Below, piece after piece: positions 26,701-38,940 of a stretch of DNA of 64,000 nt. The stretch spans positions 19,678,560 to 19,742,559 of the forward strand of contig NC_134027.1 in the NCBI RefSeq assembly GCF_964204645.1, in the 5' to 3' direction. Numbering within the stretch: the stretch's first letter is position 1; each line of letters opens with the position of its first letter. A program made the translations under genes and the position numbers. The DNA is from Tubulanus polymorphus. Taxonomy: Eukaryota; Animalia; Nemertea. The notes beneath the pieces are model-generated. The model was not told where the DNA came from, did no database searches, and saw nothing but the letters and a program-made list of their open reading frames with translations.

Positions 26701-28842
26701 ATGGTCCTCTTATTTTGATGACTTGGTATATGGCTTGCTTTACCACATGTTGAATTTAGCCATATTATTGCTGTGCAGTTCATATGATACTTGCCACTTG
26801 CCTTGTCCTTGACTAGTTGGTTTCTGTATTCGTTCACCAGATGCATTGAAAACGTAATAATAACATGATATTTCCATATATTGGTACCTATATACAATGG
26901 TGCATATTTTGTACCCACAATCTATTGCAAAATTGTAACTCATAGCATGTTTTATTAATGCTGTGAGTTTCAAGGATTACTGAATTTGTTCAGCAGCTGG
27001 TTTTGTATAGTGCAATTTGAAGTTGTCAAGCATTTCATTAAGTGGGCATGGTGTCGTTAGACCCGAGTTTCCTATATTTTGAATCGCAATGAATTGCCAA
27101 GGCAGTGAATTATGTATTTAAATTAAATTTTGCATTGACCTTGATAATGATATAACTGCAATGATGATTCCAGGAATTTTTAGTGGATAATTCCTTTGAA
27201 TATATATATCTCTGTATATTTCAATAGATCTGCTAACTGGATTCAATACACTTATAAGGTATTTTGAATATCTTTCTTGTATTTCAGCGAGAATTCATTA
27301 TGAACCAGGGCAAACTCGAAAAAAGCCATATCTACTAGAAGTTGTATTTACTTTACCCCCTCGATCTGTCACAAAATTCAGTATCGAATTCGAAAGGGCT
27401 TTATTGAAATGGACTGAATACCCACCGGATGCTAATCATGGATTTTACATCAATTCGGCTGTGATAAGTTGTATATTACCAGATGGAAGATTCTACGAGG
27501 CAGCGTCGATCCATAATTCAATCATGGCAAACAGGTGAATAAATGTATCGAAATAATTTAGAGGGCCTTACTGAATTATTTGGCCTACTGCCCTGATCAA
27601 AGTCTAGTGGAACCTCATTTTAGCAAACTGCTTGGGCAAAAATTAAAAGTTCATAGTATTCATTGGTTTGTTAGATCAATTTGACATTATAAAGTTTACT
27701 TTCATGGTAACACTTGTGTAGAACATCATTTACACAAAGGAAACACCCCCTGGTGGGATGAAACACTAACAAACAGGTTTTAGACTTTTTAGAAATGAAT
27801 ACTATCGGTATTCACTGAGGGACAACTATAAACTATAACATCAATTGAAATAGAATATTAATGTAAATTATGTAAAATAGCAGATCCTCTCTGGTAACTT
27901 AGAGTGGTAAAGAATGGTTGTTTGGAGTCACATGTGTATAGACAAATCCCGCTAAGTCCAGTCCTTTGGCATTTTCAACCTTGACTCCTGTGATATTTAT
28001 ATTCTTTTCTTCCTATTTGTCAAAACTGCGCTTTTGTTATGTTGATTGAACATTTTAAGACTTCAGATCGTGTTATAGTTTCCACGGCGAAACAATTGGA
28101 AGAATTTCTGCTAATTTTACGTTTTCTTGATGTTTATATTTCAACCGTGTTGGATGGCAGCTGGCTTTACAACAACAATGGCTTCTATTGGGCATCCTAA
28201 TTACAAACAGAAAGCAATCAAAATTAAGAATCTGTGACAGCGTTTAGACCCTTTCTAATGACTTGGATAATTCATTCTATTCACGGCTAAATAACAGGGA
28301 TGATAATTTTCCGCTGTTCGGCAGTTTTTTCGCCTTTTCAATCAATTTTTATCATTTCTCAGATCGATGCAAATCCGTTGAAAAAAATGGGGGGGTGAGG
28401 ATAATGGCATCTTAAGGATAGATTGGTACGACCGTATGGCTGGTATGACTGGAAAATTCAGCATTGACTAGCGTACCTTACCTGGTGGATATTCCCTTGC
28501 CACAAACTAAATCCTATAATGCTACAGTCTGAATTCATTTCATTATGATTTTTTATTTCTCATTTCAGTTTTGAGGACAATTCAACTTTTTTTGTTCGTC
28601 TACATACAGAAAGCTTGCTAGTGTCACTACCAACACCAGATTTTAGTATGCCTTACAACGTTATATGTTTAGTTTGTACAGTGGTAGCCATCGCATTTGG
28701 CTCGGTTCACAATATGACCACGAGGAGATTTACTATTGCTGATGAAAATGATAATCTTGGATTTTTTGCGAAACTAAAGAAGAAATTGATGGGAAAACCA
28801 AATGAGCAAGAGATGACTGAATCAAAGGAAAAGCAATCGTGA
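11553..28842 (+). CDS. PIGT: GPI transamidase component PIG-T, 9 exons, 583 aa
   Basis: Exons 11553-11739, 17016-17193, 21661-21898, 23550-23724, 24184-24278, 24515-24719, 25049-25201, 27288-27534, 28569-28842; all GT-AG, phases consistent, 1752 nt. Signal peptide, [68 protein letters not shown] and a TM helix. Confidence 0.96.
11773..15395. mobile_element. Non-autonomous TIR element with a 4-bp ATTT TSD (Sola-like), left TIR split by a hAT-like insertion
   Basis: GTATGGAAGCCCTGAGA[insertion]CGACATCTTGGGTTTATGAG pairs with CTCATGAACTCAAGATGTCGTCTCAGAGCTTTCATAC. ATTT at 11769-11772 and 15396-15399. Confidence 0.7.
11790..14719. mobile_element. Non-autonomous hAT-like element with 14-bp TIR and 7-bp TSD
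   Basis: TAGGGATTTCAGGT ... ACCTGAAATCCCTA. CCTGAGA at 11783-11789 and 14720-14726. Confidence 0.85.
15425..15969. mobile_element. MULE-like MITE with repeat-built TIRs and a 9-bp TSD
   Basis: ACCGACCAAAA arrays at the left end are inverted at the right end (TTTTGGTCGGT). GCCGATGGG at 15416-15424 and 15970-15978. Confidence 0.75.
16256..16837. mobile_element. hAT-like MITE remnant
   Basis: TAGTGTTCTCCA...TGGAGAACACTG termini with AGCAGGGC subterminal repeats; no clear TSD. Similar termini at about 22221-22478. Confidence 0.5.
17016..17193 (+). CDS. PIGT: PIG-T exon 2
   Basis: [50 protein letters not shown]; flanked by AG and GT. Confidence 0.94.
17291..18382 (+). mobile_element. Helentron/DINE-1-like non-autonomous element with three approx. 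154-bp internal repeats
   Basis: TTTTTAGCCCACTTGGGA start, GTCTGTCCGTCTGT microsatellite, subterminal inverted TCCCAAGTGGGC, and a 3' end followed by TT. GGTCACCA recurs at 17983, 18137 and 18290. Confidence 0.8.
18985..19500 (+). repeat. About 160-167-bp tandem repeat, roughly 3 copies
   Basis: TCATCCAAGATGG at 19029, 19196 and 19355, each preceded by GAGGATGA...GTTTTTGAC. Confidence 0.75.
21661..21898 (+). CDS. PIGT: PIG-T exon 3
   Basis: [18 protein letters not shown]...[20 protein letters not shown]. Confidence 0.95.
23550..23724 (+). CDS. PIGT: PIG-T exon 4
   Basis: [22 protein letters not shown]...[12 protein letters not shown]. Confidence 0.92.
24184..24278 (+). CDS. PIGT: PIG-T exon 5
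   Basis: [27 protein letters not shown]. Confidence 0.92.
24515..24719 (+). CDS. PIGT: PIG-T exon 6
   Basis: [11 protein letters not shown]...AVYD...[10 protein letters not shown]. Confidence 0.9.
25049..25201 (+). CDS. PIGT: PIG-T exon 7
   Basis: GYGQETGGI...[18 protein letters not shown]. Confidence 0.93.
27288..27534 (+). CDS. PIGT: PIG-T exon 8
   Basis: [14 protein letters not shown]...[27 protein letters not shown]. Confidence 0.95.
28569..28842 (+). CDS. PIGT: PIG-T exon 9 (terminal)
   Basis: [37 protein letters not shown]...KEKQS*. Confidence 0.95.
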
Positions 28843-31533
28843 TTTGAAATGTCATTCCATATGTCTCAATTCAATAGGTGGAAAATTACATTCCCACGGA
28901 GTCAGGTTTTTTGGAATTAGACCAAGGAAACCACTAGACTGTAAGAGTAGCATATCGTCATGTTTCACAAATCTAGAATGATCCTTAATTTAGGGAGTGT
29001 TTGTATCTGCAGCCTACTTTTCCAAAGCCACTGACACATGAAATAAAGGTTAAGATCTGGCAAGAAGAAGGACAAAGAAAAGCATTTCATTAATTATAAA
29101 ATTTTCAGGATACCAATTTTGGAAAGATTAAGGTTTCTGTAGTTTAAGTAGTTGAAGTTGACACTGCTGAAGTCTGACCTTTTGAGACTGTAAATGTTTC
29201 AAGAAGCATAGATTGTTAAAACAGTTTTGACTAGATCCAACTTGAACAGCAGTTTCTGTGTAATGCCTTGATTCATTGATGCCGGTTATATCAGCTATTG
29301 CACTGCTCTTTCATAAGTTTGAAGAATCCAGTTGACTAGAATCTCAGATACTGATCACATAACCTTATGGTTCATCTGAAACCTTCATTCTGTTAGAGAT
29401 TCATGTATCCTGGGCATAGCAGCTATTGTAGGGGGTTGTTCTTGGAAAGTGGAAGTGGAGCAACAGTATACTCTCGACTCAAGTTGAATCTCTTGGGACT
29501 CAAATCAAGCCGAACCTGAATGGAATTATAAACCAATTTTCAATGAAAACTTTGGCTTACTGTTGGCTTAATATGGTTATTATAGCAATAAAGCTATTAC
29601 CTGGACAATAAGAATGATTAACTACTTCGATCATGTTTATCTGATTTCCAATGAAAATCATTATTTGTTCTGGTAACATATGCCAGAACAACTTGGTTTC
29701 ATCTTAGTCATAGAAATGGGAATTCATATAGGTCATAGGGTTTTGGTCATGAAATCCCACTTGTCAATATCTGCTTACCTTACACCTATCGCATCGTAAC
29801 ATTTCTTGACCTGGGTTATTCCATGGCACGGTTTAATCATTCAGTTCACATTTGTGTTATCTCAGTTTTATCATCATTAACAAATTCTTTAGTAAAGAGC
29901 TGTGCTTTTGCTCTTACTCATCAAGTGTCTCCATTGATCAGTAGGTCAGGTTGCTGCTGGATGAACTCTGCGAACCAATACATCATCTACATCTTCATAC
30001 TTAAAATTGTAGGCCCTTGTCAGATGAGCTTTTTAGTGCCGATGTATATCGTCGGTCGGATTCAGGCATTATTTTATGACAGAAACATTAATAATTTGCT
30101 TCCGAGATAGCAGCAGCCTGTAGAACCAATTAACAAATTTTTTGTGTAATGATTGTAAATTTCTGTCAATTTTCAAATACATTTTTGTATAATTCAAGTT
30201 ATGATAAACTTCTCTGTTTTGTCGTATTCTTTGATGAGTTCTTCAGGAATGCTGCACAAGATGGAAATGATTTGCAAGCATTTATGGTGGGATTGCATAT
30301 TGTTCAGTCAGGGTTTTCAGCCATTCTAATGTTAACATGTGGTCTAGGCTGTAATTAAAACTTCCACGGAGTAGTTCGTGTCTCGTGCAATTCATTCATT
30401 CATTGAGATATCACTCGCAGAGAGAACCCGCCCTATACAGAGTTTATTGGCTAACGTTTATGGACTATACCATTATGGAAAATAGTGTGGGTTGGACTAC
30501 TGTCTCGGCGATTACACTATGCTTTGTAAGGAAGGTAGGTATGGCCTATGTGCTATTGCTACTACATCTATGGCCATGCATTTTATTATTAAAACAAATA
30601 GTTGCATTGAAATGAACTTTGTAAAGTCTTGAAAAATGAATTTCTTTTCTCAATTCCTTAGAGGAATTTTTCAGAATTAGGAGAAAATGTCCCTTAACGG
30701 AAGAAACAAAAACAGCAGCACGGAAACTCTGTTAGCCGAAGCATATTGGTTTTCCTATCATTAACATCAGATTCTTTCTGCGTAGAAATTTAGGGGGGGC
30801 GCATTTTCATTGGGAACTGTCAAAACTGGCAACTTAGGCATTCGCGGAAAATTTTACACGATAAAAACTTGTATTCCCAATCTCTTCATGCTTGTTTTTA
30901 CAGCATCTTAATTTAAACATGTATCTATAAGAACAAGATAGAATTCACATACATTGATTTTCTTATATGATTGTCATAATCATTCATCTGAAATTGCAGT
31001 ACATTTAACAGATATGTGAATAGAATACAAATAACAAACATAAACATCATACAGAGCCTTTTGATCATATGGTATGGTACTATTTACTTATGCCACACTA
31101 GGAAACAATTACAAGTTTTGGTTTAAGGGGCCCGAACCTCTGTGAAAGTCTCAATCAATTAATCAAATGACACTGTTGTTTAGTTAGTTACAACCGAATA
31201 ACCGTAACAATTACTAATTGGCCTTTATTAGTTATGTATTTATCCTTCACTTTGTTTATGTAGTTCACCTATAAAGCTTGCAGTTGAGTAAAAAACAAAG
31301 TTCTTTGATGGCGCAACGGAACACCAATGCCACTTTATTCAATGGTATAACTGGATTCGAATTCAATTTTATTCAATGCCAACAATTCTGAAGTATATAT
31401 TCTATTGGGGTACCTTAGATCTAATATTGTGCATGCTCTTTTAAAGGTCCATTGGTATGAGCAGTAGATAACCGGTTGGTAAACAGTCAGCCCCTCCCAC
31501 TACAGCTGAGTCAGTGTGATGCTGTAGTGATTG

Positions 31534-32395
31534 TTTTTAGCCTCTTGGGACTTATTCTGAGTCCTGTAGCTTCCGACTGGTTTGCCATTTCATATTGCAA
31601 TTGCTGATGGGTATCCTTTGGAAAGGGATGTTTTATACCTGGGACAGGTATTTTTGATCGGCCAATTATGAAGCAATTGGCGGCCATCTTGGTGTCATTA
31701 GTACTCATTCGTAGGTGGGAAAGAGTTTTTCAACATTATATTGATACCTAAGCATATTTTGTTACCACAATGATACCAAAAAGTGTATCTTATAACGTGT
31801 TCTATGATTGTGATGAGTTTCAAGGTCAATGGTTTTTGTATATGGCCACCAGGGGGCATTGAATAATACAATACCTTAGTATTTCAATATTATGTTTGTA
31901 CCAATGCATAATTTGTTACCACAATCAATTGCATAGTTGTAGCTCATGACATCATCTATGATTGTAGTGAGTTTTAAGGACATTATGTATTCTATATGGT
32001 CACCAGGGGGCACTGAATAGTACAATAACTTAGTATTTCCTTATTATATTGGTACCTAGGCATATCTTGTTAGCATGATCAATAACAAAGTTGTAGTTCA
32101 TGACATGTTCTATGATTTTGGTGAGTTTCAAGGTCATTGGGTTTTGAATATGGTCACCAGGGGGCGCTGAATAGTAGAATAACTTAATTCCATATTAAAT
32201 TGGTAACAAGGCATATTTTGTTATCGCAATCAATTACAAAATGATAGCTGCTGACATATTCTATGATTGTGGAGAGTTTCAAGGTCATTGGTTTTTGTTA
32301 ATGGTCACCAGGGGGCGTTGAATATTGAAATTGTAAGATTAATGAGCATTTGAAACCACTTGCCAAATGGGCATGGTGTCCCTGGACCCCTAGTT
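31534..32395 (+). mobile_element. Second copy of the Helentron/DINE-1-like family, internally deleted, four approx. 154-bp repeats
   Basis: Same termini as 17291-18382. Repeat anchors at 31844, 31998, 32152 and 32303. Further 3'-end fragments near 20090-20160 and 26860-27070. Confidence 0.8.
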
Positions 32396-32499
32396 ACCAC
32401 TTGAATTCAAACTAATAAACTGTCATGGCTAATTTAAATTGTTCACATTATATCAGACTAGAGGATTAAAGAATAAAATGAAATCAAGTTTTAACAATT

Positions 32500-34100
32500 T
32501 TTAACACTGACTCTTATAACCGTAGTACGATAATAGTTTGAATAGTCAAATGTGCAACTCTTACCGGTTTATGTTTTTTTCTGTTTTTTCTACAGTTTTT
32601 ACTGTCTCCTGGCAGAGTTCTGATAATGGTGTAAGCTTGGTCAACGTTTTCATTCCAGTAGCAAACAGCAAGATTTGCCCTCATGTTACATTGTTCATCG
32701 CTGAATGATATGCATTTGTCTTGAAACAAGTTCATTACATTGTTGAAGGATTCGACATAAAACAAATCCCTACAGTAGATGAAATATGCTGGAAGTTTGT
32801 TCAAATAAGAACTGTGGATAACATTTCTCAATGGATTTTCTGCCACTGTTGATGTAATAACCACCATTGATAATTCGTAACAGCGCGATTCTGTGCTATA
32901 ATTTTAATGTTCTTTTTTACAATGATTCACTGGATTGTCCAAGGTGTTTTTGAATCCAGGTGACAGTTCCCTGATTGCCTACTCTGCATGTGGGTTCCAA
33001 TTGCTTTGGCCTTATCTTGGAATTGTTCATGCCAAGTGTTTCCATGGTTTTTCTTAACAATGGCTGACACTTTCAATCCTTTTCAAGGCCTTTTTTTATT
33101 TCGTGCCACATATCGTTTTGGTTCGTAGCCTCTTGATTTCTCGCGAATTTATTAACTGATGCACTATTGTCATGGCAATGAAATCCTATCTTCAAAGAAA
33201 CCTTCGTTGTCATTTGTTGATCTTATGTAATTATAAATGCGCTCTGTACCTAAACCCTCATGATGCTGAGACATTAGATCATCTGATTTGATGTTCACAG
33301 TGTAAAACGTTTTGACTTTTTTTCATGAACTGCCACAACGCAGATGTCTTTGGAATCTTTGCGCCACCTGTGCTGTGCGTCAGTCATTATATTGATCGTG
33401 TATGGGTCCTCATACATCGCAATATCTTCTAAAAGAGCTGTTTTAAAACTCGAATCGTGTTCTTCCTGCATGGCATCTACCTAATTATTTTGAATCTCTA
33501 GAAATTTTCCCGATACCACTGCCTTCTGTAACAAGTTGATAGGCTATGTATATGATCCTTGGAGCAAATAATCCATGTACCAGTCCAGCGTTTACTTAGA
33601 AATCACCATTTGTGAGGACAATGAGTGGAATTTTTTAAGTCTGTTGACAATGAAGATTTACTCGTGCAACATGCCTATTGTTTTGCATATTTTTGAACTG
33701 CATCAGGCAGTCACAAAAGCGCCCATGTATGCTTGCCATCTCAATCTTCTCAACTGCAGATTCACAAGTAACCATTAATTTTTGATCAATGTCTCACTTG
33801 TTTGTGTTTACATAGTTCACTACATCAACATTGGCAGTATCTGGAGAATTGTGTGCAAGCCAGTGATCCAACATATTTTCCATTATAGTAGCAAAATTGG
33901 CTATTTTATTCGCTTGCTTCAACATGATATCCTTCACTTTCTTAATTTTGCTCTAAAATGTACTTTTCCACGGTATCTCCAGGTTTTTCGAGTTTGAAAC
34001 GTTTCGATCACCTTTTTGCTGAATCACCAGTATTTTCCATTTTGAAAAAAAGGTTGTCTTAGCTTTGAGTTAATTCAAAGAGATTGAAAATGCACTAATC
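32500..34100 (-). pseudogene. Decayed DDE transposase, Kolobok/Mutator-like
   Basis: Minus-strand fragments IMTDAQHRWRKDSKDICVVAV, DDLMSQHHEGLGTERIYNY, HGNTWHEQFQDK, YVESFNN and RANLAVCYWNENVD; many frameshifts. Confidence 0.55.
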
Positions 34101-35812
34101 TGTTATCCCTAAATGTCAGTTAGATTAACTATGGATTTGGCCATGGACTTATTATAAAATGCTATTTAGGGAATTTTGAGTCTTATTCGCTATTATCATC
34201 GGCCTGTGATTTCAGTGTGGTTGCATATAGTCAGTGTTAAAGTATGCCCCTTCCAAGTGAGATAATTGCTCAAATTTCTAATGTAAATGCATATATTAGC
34301 TGGATCCGGTGAAGAAAGTGATTATATAAAACAGAAAATAATGGAAATGGCTCACAGAAGCGTAAGTTTTGTATAATGGTATACCCCAGAACAAAAAGAA
34401 TCTACACGCCATTTCATAAATTTCAACTGTTGGGATATTGATGAAGTACCATCCTCCGAAAATTGCTGTTTGGCATCGGGGAGATATGTTACCAGACTGT
34501 GCGCTAAAATGTGTACGATGGTTGTATCCAAATTTTGCTGATCATCCATATATGGCACTAGTGGAAGTAAATCATCTTATTATTTATGTTCTTACAATTC
34601 TTACAATGATTATCTTATTCTTATTATTATTTACAATTTTGAAATTATTTCTGCAATAGTAGTTTACATGAATTGCATTAGATAATTATTAAAATAGTTC
34701 CAAGGTATGTCACGACTTTTACTATGGGACGCTGTATGGATCATTTCATTGGCTAGTATCCAGTATCCATGCCTAATGGATCATATTAAATCATGCAGAG
34801 AACCACATGAGGCCGTGATGGGTTTGTTTGTCAAGACACTGATAACAACGACTTATGAACCTTTCCTCAGCCATAGTGGGAGGAGCTTGAGTGGTTCCAA
34901 ATATTAGTAAATCCAACTTCAAAATTCAAATTTTTGGCTGGTTGGCTGCATTTGAGGTAGAGACGACATTAAATAACGCCACGCACAACATTCATTTATC
35001 TTCCTTGACAAAAAAAGTAGAGAAAATTTTAAAACTCGAATCATTTTCTTCCTGCATGGCATCTACCTAATTTTTTTGAATCTCTAGAAATTTTCCCGAT
35101 ACCACTGGCTTCTGTAACAAGTTGATAGGCTACGTTTATGATCCTTGGAGCCAATAATCCATGTACCAGTCCAGCGTTTACCAAGAAATCACCATTTGTG
35201 AGGACAATGAGTGGAATTTTTTAAGTCTGTTGACAATGAAGATTTACTCGTGCAACATGCCTAGTAGTGTTTTGCATATTTTTGAACTGCATCAGGCAGT
35301 CACAAAAGCGCCCATGTATGCTTGCCATCTCAATCTTTTCAACTGCAGATTCACAAGTAACCATTAAATTTTGATCGATGTCTCACTTGTTTGTGTTCAC
35401 ATAGTTCACTACATCAACATTGGCAGTATCTGGAGAATTGTGTGCAAGCCAGTGATCCAACATATTTTCCATTACAGTAGCAAAATTGGCTATTTTATTC
35501 GCTTGCTTCAACATGATATCCTTCACTTTCTTAATTTTGCTCTAAAATGTACTTTTCCACGGTATCTCCAGGTTTTTCGAGTTTGAAACGTTTCGATCAC
35601 CTTTTTGCTGAATCACCAGTATTTTCCATTTTGAAAAAAAGGTTGTCTTAGCTTTGAGTTAATTCAAAGAGATTGAAAATGCACTAATCTGTTATCCCTA
35701 AATGTCAGTTAGATTAACTTTGGATTTGGCCATGGACTTATTATAAAATGCTATTTAGGGAATTTTGAGTCTTATTCGCTATTGTCATCGGCCTGTGATT
35801 TCAGTGTGGTTG
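33441..35812 (+). repeat. Direct duplication of about 785 bp (33441-34223 and 35027-35812)
   Basis: Near-identical sequence; the duplicated spurious ORFs MYQSSVY... and MI(N/D)VSLVC... appear in both copies. Confidence 0.95.
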
Positions 35813-36769
35813 ACCTAGTTTTAAAGAAAACGAGGAAAATATGTAACCAAGCGCCGTAGCTCAGTCCTAAGAGAATAAGCTGTGTGATAAGGCATCCTCT
35901 GACATAAGGGTTTTATGCTGCTAGTGGGCCTTTCAGTGGGCTTTTGATCCAAATCGTAAGGTATCTTCATATCAAATACTAAGATCTATTCTTCATTTAT
36001 AACTGATTCAAAACTTTTTGAAATACACCTTGAAAGTTTGAATGGCGTGCAGTGCTCTATGAAACCAGTCTAAAACTGTGTGGAGGTTGTTTTGTATTCA
36101 GTTACGTAGCTCTACAGTGGTTCTCAGTCCCTTCATTTCATCATTTCAACGTACATAGAGAATTACTTTTTAAAGAAAAGTTCCTTGTGCGACACATATA
36201 TTGAGTCCTGTCCCGCAAATTCACATTATATGTGTAAATTGCAATAGGTGAAAAATTTAATATTTTACACAGGATGACGTCATTGATGGGCCCCTAGACC
36301 TGCATTAAGTAATCAAGAATTTGGTAACTAGACTTTCAAATTGGCGCTTTTTATATTCTTATATGTACCAATAAATTGACCCTTCTCCAAGGCATATCAT
36401 ACCCTCCATAGTCGTACAAAATCTCGTGCATTGCAAAAGAAAGCAAAATGCGGTATGCCATGTTCATCCCTAACTTATTTTGGTCTTGCATTCTCCTTTC
36501 CGTTCCAGCCATCATTTATCAGTCTTCCCTAACTGCCGTCATTACGTGATGCATCAATACTGACACAAGACATAGATGAAATCATACTTCATCACCATTC
36601 TTTAGGGGATTGTATCGTTATTGAAAAAATAGATATAATCAACTTTTTCTGTGAATGAGTCACTGGTTAACTTTGTCTCCCCTCTGTACTCTGCAATAAA
36701 TTCAAGTCTTGACCAGCAAAAACACCAAAACCTAAAGATATGAATAAAAACAAATACAACTTAACATAT

Positions 36770-38940
36770 GTTTCATTGTAACCCAGTGAGCAATCGTAGG
36801 GTTAGCTAAATACTGAGAAAGATTGGTTATTTACAACAAATATCAGGGCGTGTGCATGACATAGCATACACTAATGAACCTACAGCCTGTCGGTATTTTT
36901 CATCATTTTTACTATATTGAAGCTTTTGTTCACACAGGGTTTTCCTTGGCTTAAGATCACTCATACCATATTTCTCTGCAGTTTTTTAACGTATGACCTT
37001 TGACTTATAAATATAGACACATCATCCTGTTCAAACTCCATACCCAGGAAATCATCTAATATGCCCAAATTTTTCATATTGAATTTAGATTTCAACATGT
37101 TTTTCGTTTTGGACAACGTTGATCCATAATTGGCTGCAATTAATACATCATCGACCCAGATCAGTAGAATAATCAATTGATTTTCTATAGTCTTAGTATA
37201 CACACATGGATCGACTAGGCTTTGTTTGAACTGGTTTTTGGCGAGATGCTCCTGCAGTGAATTGGTCAATTTTTTTAACTTTGTTTAAGCCCATGTATCG
37301 ATTTCTGCTATTGACAATACAATTTTTCTCCTGTTTGTGATTTAACTTCAAAACCCTCTGGTAGTTCCAGACAAAGATCAAAGTCAATAGAAGCATTCAT
37401 TGATTTTACTGAAGTTATTTTGATTTCACTCATGTTATTTTGAGCGGCTATTGCATAAAAATCTGAACTGAAGATAATTTTGCCATTTTTTTAATGAAAA
37501 TGTCTCCTTGTAATCAACCTAGCCGTTTACAGCTCCAAACCACTTGGTTTTGATTGTAAATACCCATCTCCCGACTGCTGATCTACCTGCTGGTAGTTTT
37601 GTCGAAGAGAAAGTCTCGCTTATCTGCAGGGATTCCATCACTTCCTGCGTGGCTAACCATCGTTTTTGAATCATGTGGTTTAATTGCATCTTGGTAATTA
37701 CTAGGGTCTCGTATCTCTGCAGGGAGTCCATTTCTTCCTACATGGCTTCTTACCATTGTTTTAAATCATGGGATTTGATAGCAACTTGGTAATTACTAGG
37801 GTATTCATCATTAACTTTAGGTATATTACCCAACATATTGTCAGACAACATTTTATCATTAGAATCAAGTGCATTATCTTTTAAATAGTGTGGTGTTTGG
37901 CGCTCTCTGTGAGGATGTCTTGTTTGTGATTCATTCTCCGAGGTTGCCTTGTTTCATCTCTGGTGCTTGTTTGTTCACAATTTGGTTTCAGTGAACGCTC
38001 ATTCAATTAATCATCTTCATAACTCATTTAGTCGATTTTGCACCTCAGCACTTTTCTTAGAACGAAATTTCACAATCCTTTATCTCATGACTTATTTGTA
38101 CTAGGAAAGTACACAAGAAATGATGGGCTTTTTTATCATATGCGACAAAAATACCTTTTGAGACCTCTGGTTTCTAATTTGGTCTTCCTTTGCTGATAAG
38201 CAAAACACTGATCCAAATAATCTTAAATTTCGAATCATTAGGTTTCCTGCCAGTCATAGCTTAAAATGGGGTCTGTTTTAACCTGTGATTAAAACATCTC
38301 ATTGAGACCTCTGGATTCTAATTTGGTCTTCCTTTGCTGATAAGTAAAGCACTCTGATCCAAACAATCTTAAAATGTTGAATCAAGTTTCCTGCCAGTCA
38401 TACCTTAAAATAGGGTCTGTTTTAGTCTGTGATCATCTCATATATGCCGTTTCTCATATGTGTCGGCTCCTTTAAAGCATAAGGCCATATTTCGTTGGGT
38501 TATGAACTCTCAAAAAGTAAACAACAACCTATTTCAAACAATGTACGTCAATGCTTTTCAGAAGTGACAATTTGGTTAAACCATGAGGAGCATTAGTTCC
38601 ATGGTGTATTCCATTTTTCCTCATCAAATATGAAATCATTGCTAATAAATTCACTGCCGGTGTTGGAGCATATTCTTTTAACTTTCCCAAAAGGAGCCAT
38701 ATCAGCAAAATAGCGTTCAGTAACAATTGCTGTCTTTTTTTTTGCATTTGAAAAAATAAACACAAACTGCTCCAGAATAGTCATCGGTAAATGAAACCCT
38801 AAACTTTGAGATGGGATCAATTGGTCCAGCTAAGTCTGTGTGAATGGTCCCACTAATGCGGTATGAACCAAATGAAAAACTGATTTTGCACCGACATCAG
38901 GCTTTCGGTTAATTTGGTTCCATTATTTTCCTGCTTTTTT
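36770..38940 (-). mobile_element. Ty1/Copia LTR retrotransposon remnant A (integrase-RT), heavily decayed
   Basis: QSLVDPCVYTK...ILLIWVDDVLIA...KFNMKNLG, LPAGRSAVGRWVFTIK, integrase IHTDLAGPI and ICSNTGSEF. Confidence 0.85.

Noticed and set aside
29823-30615. Short ORFs downstream of PIG-T and similar 60-110 aa ORFs in introns
   Set aside because: No recognisable domains or splice structure; consistent with chance ORFs.
33441-35812. LTR pair of a small retroelement
   Set aside because: No TG...CA ends, PBS, PPT or TSD; the repeat contains transposase coding remnants.
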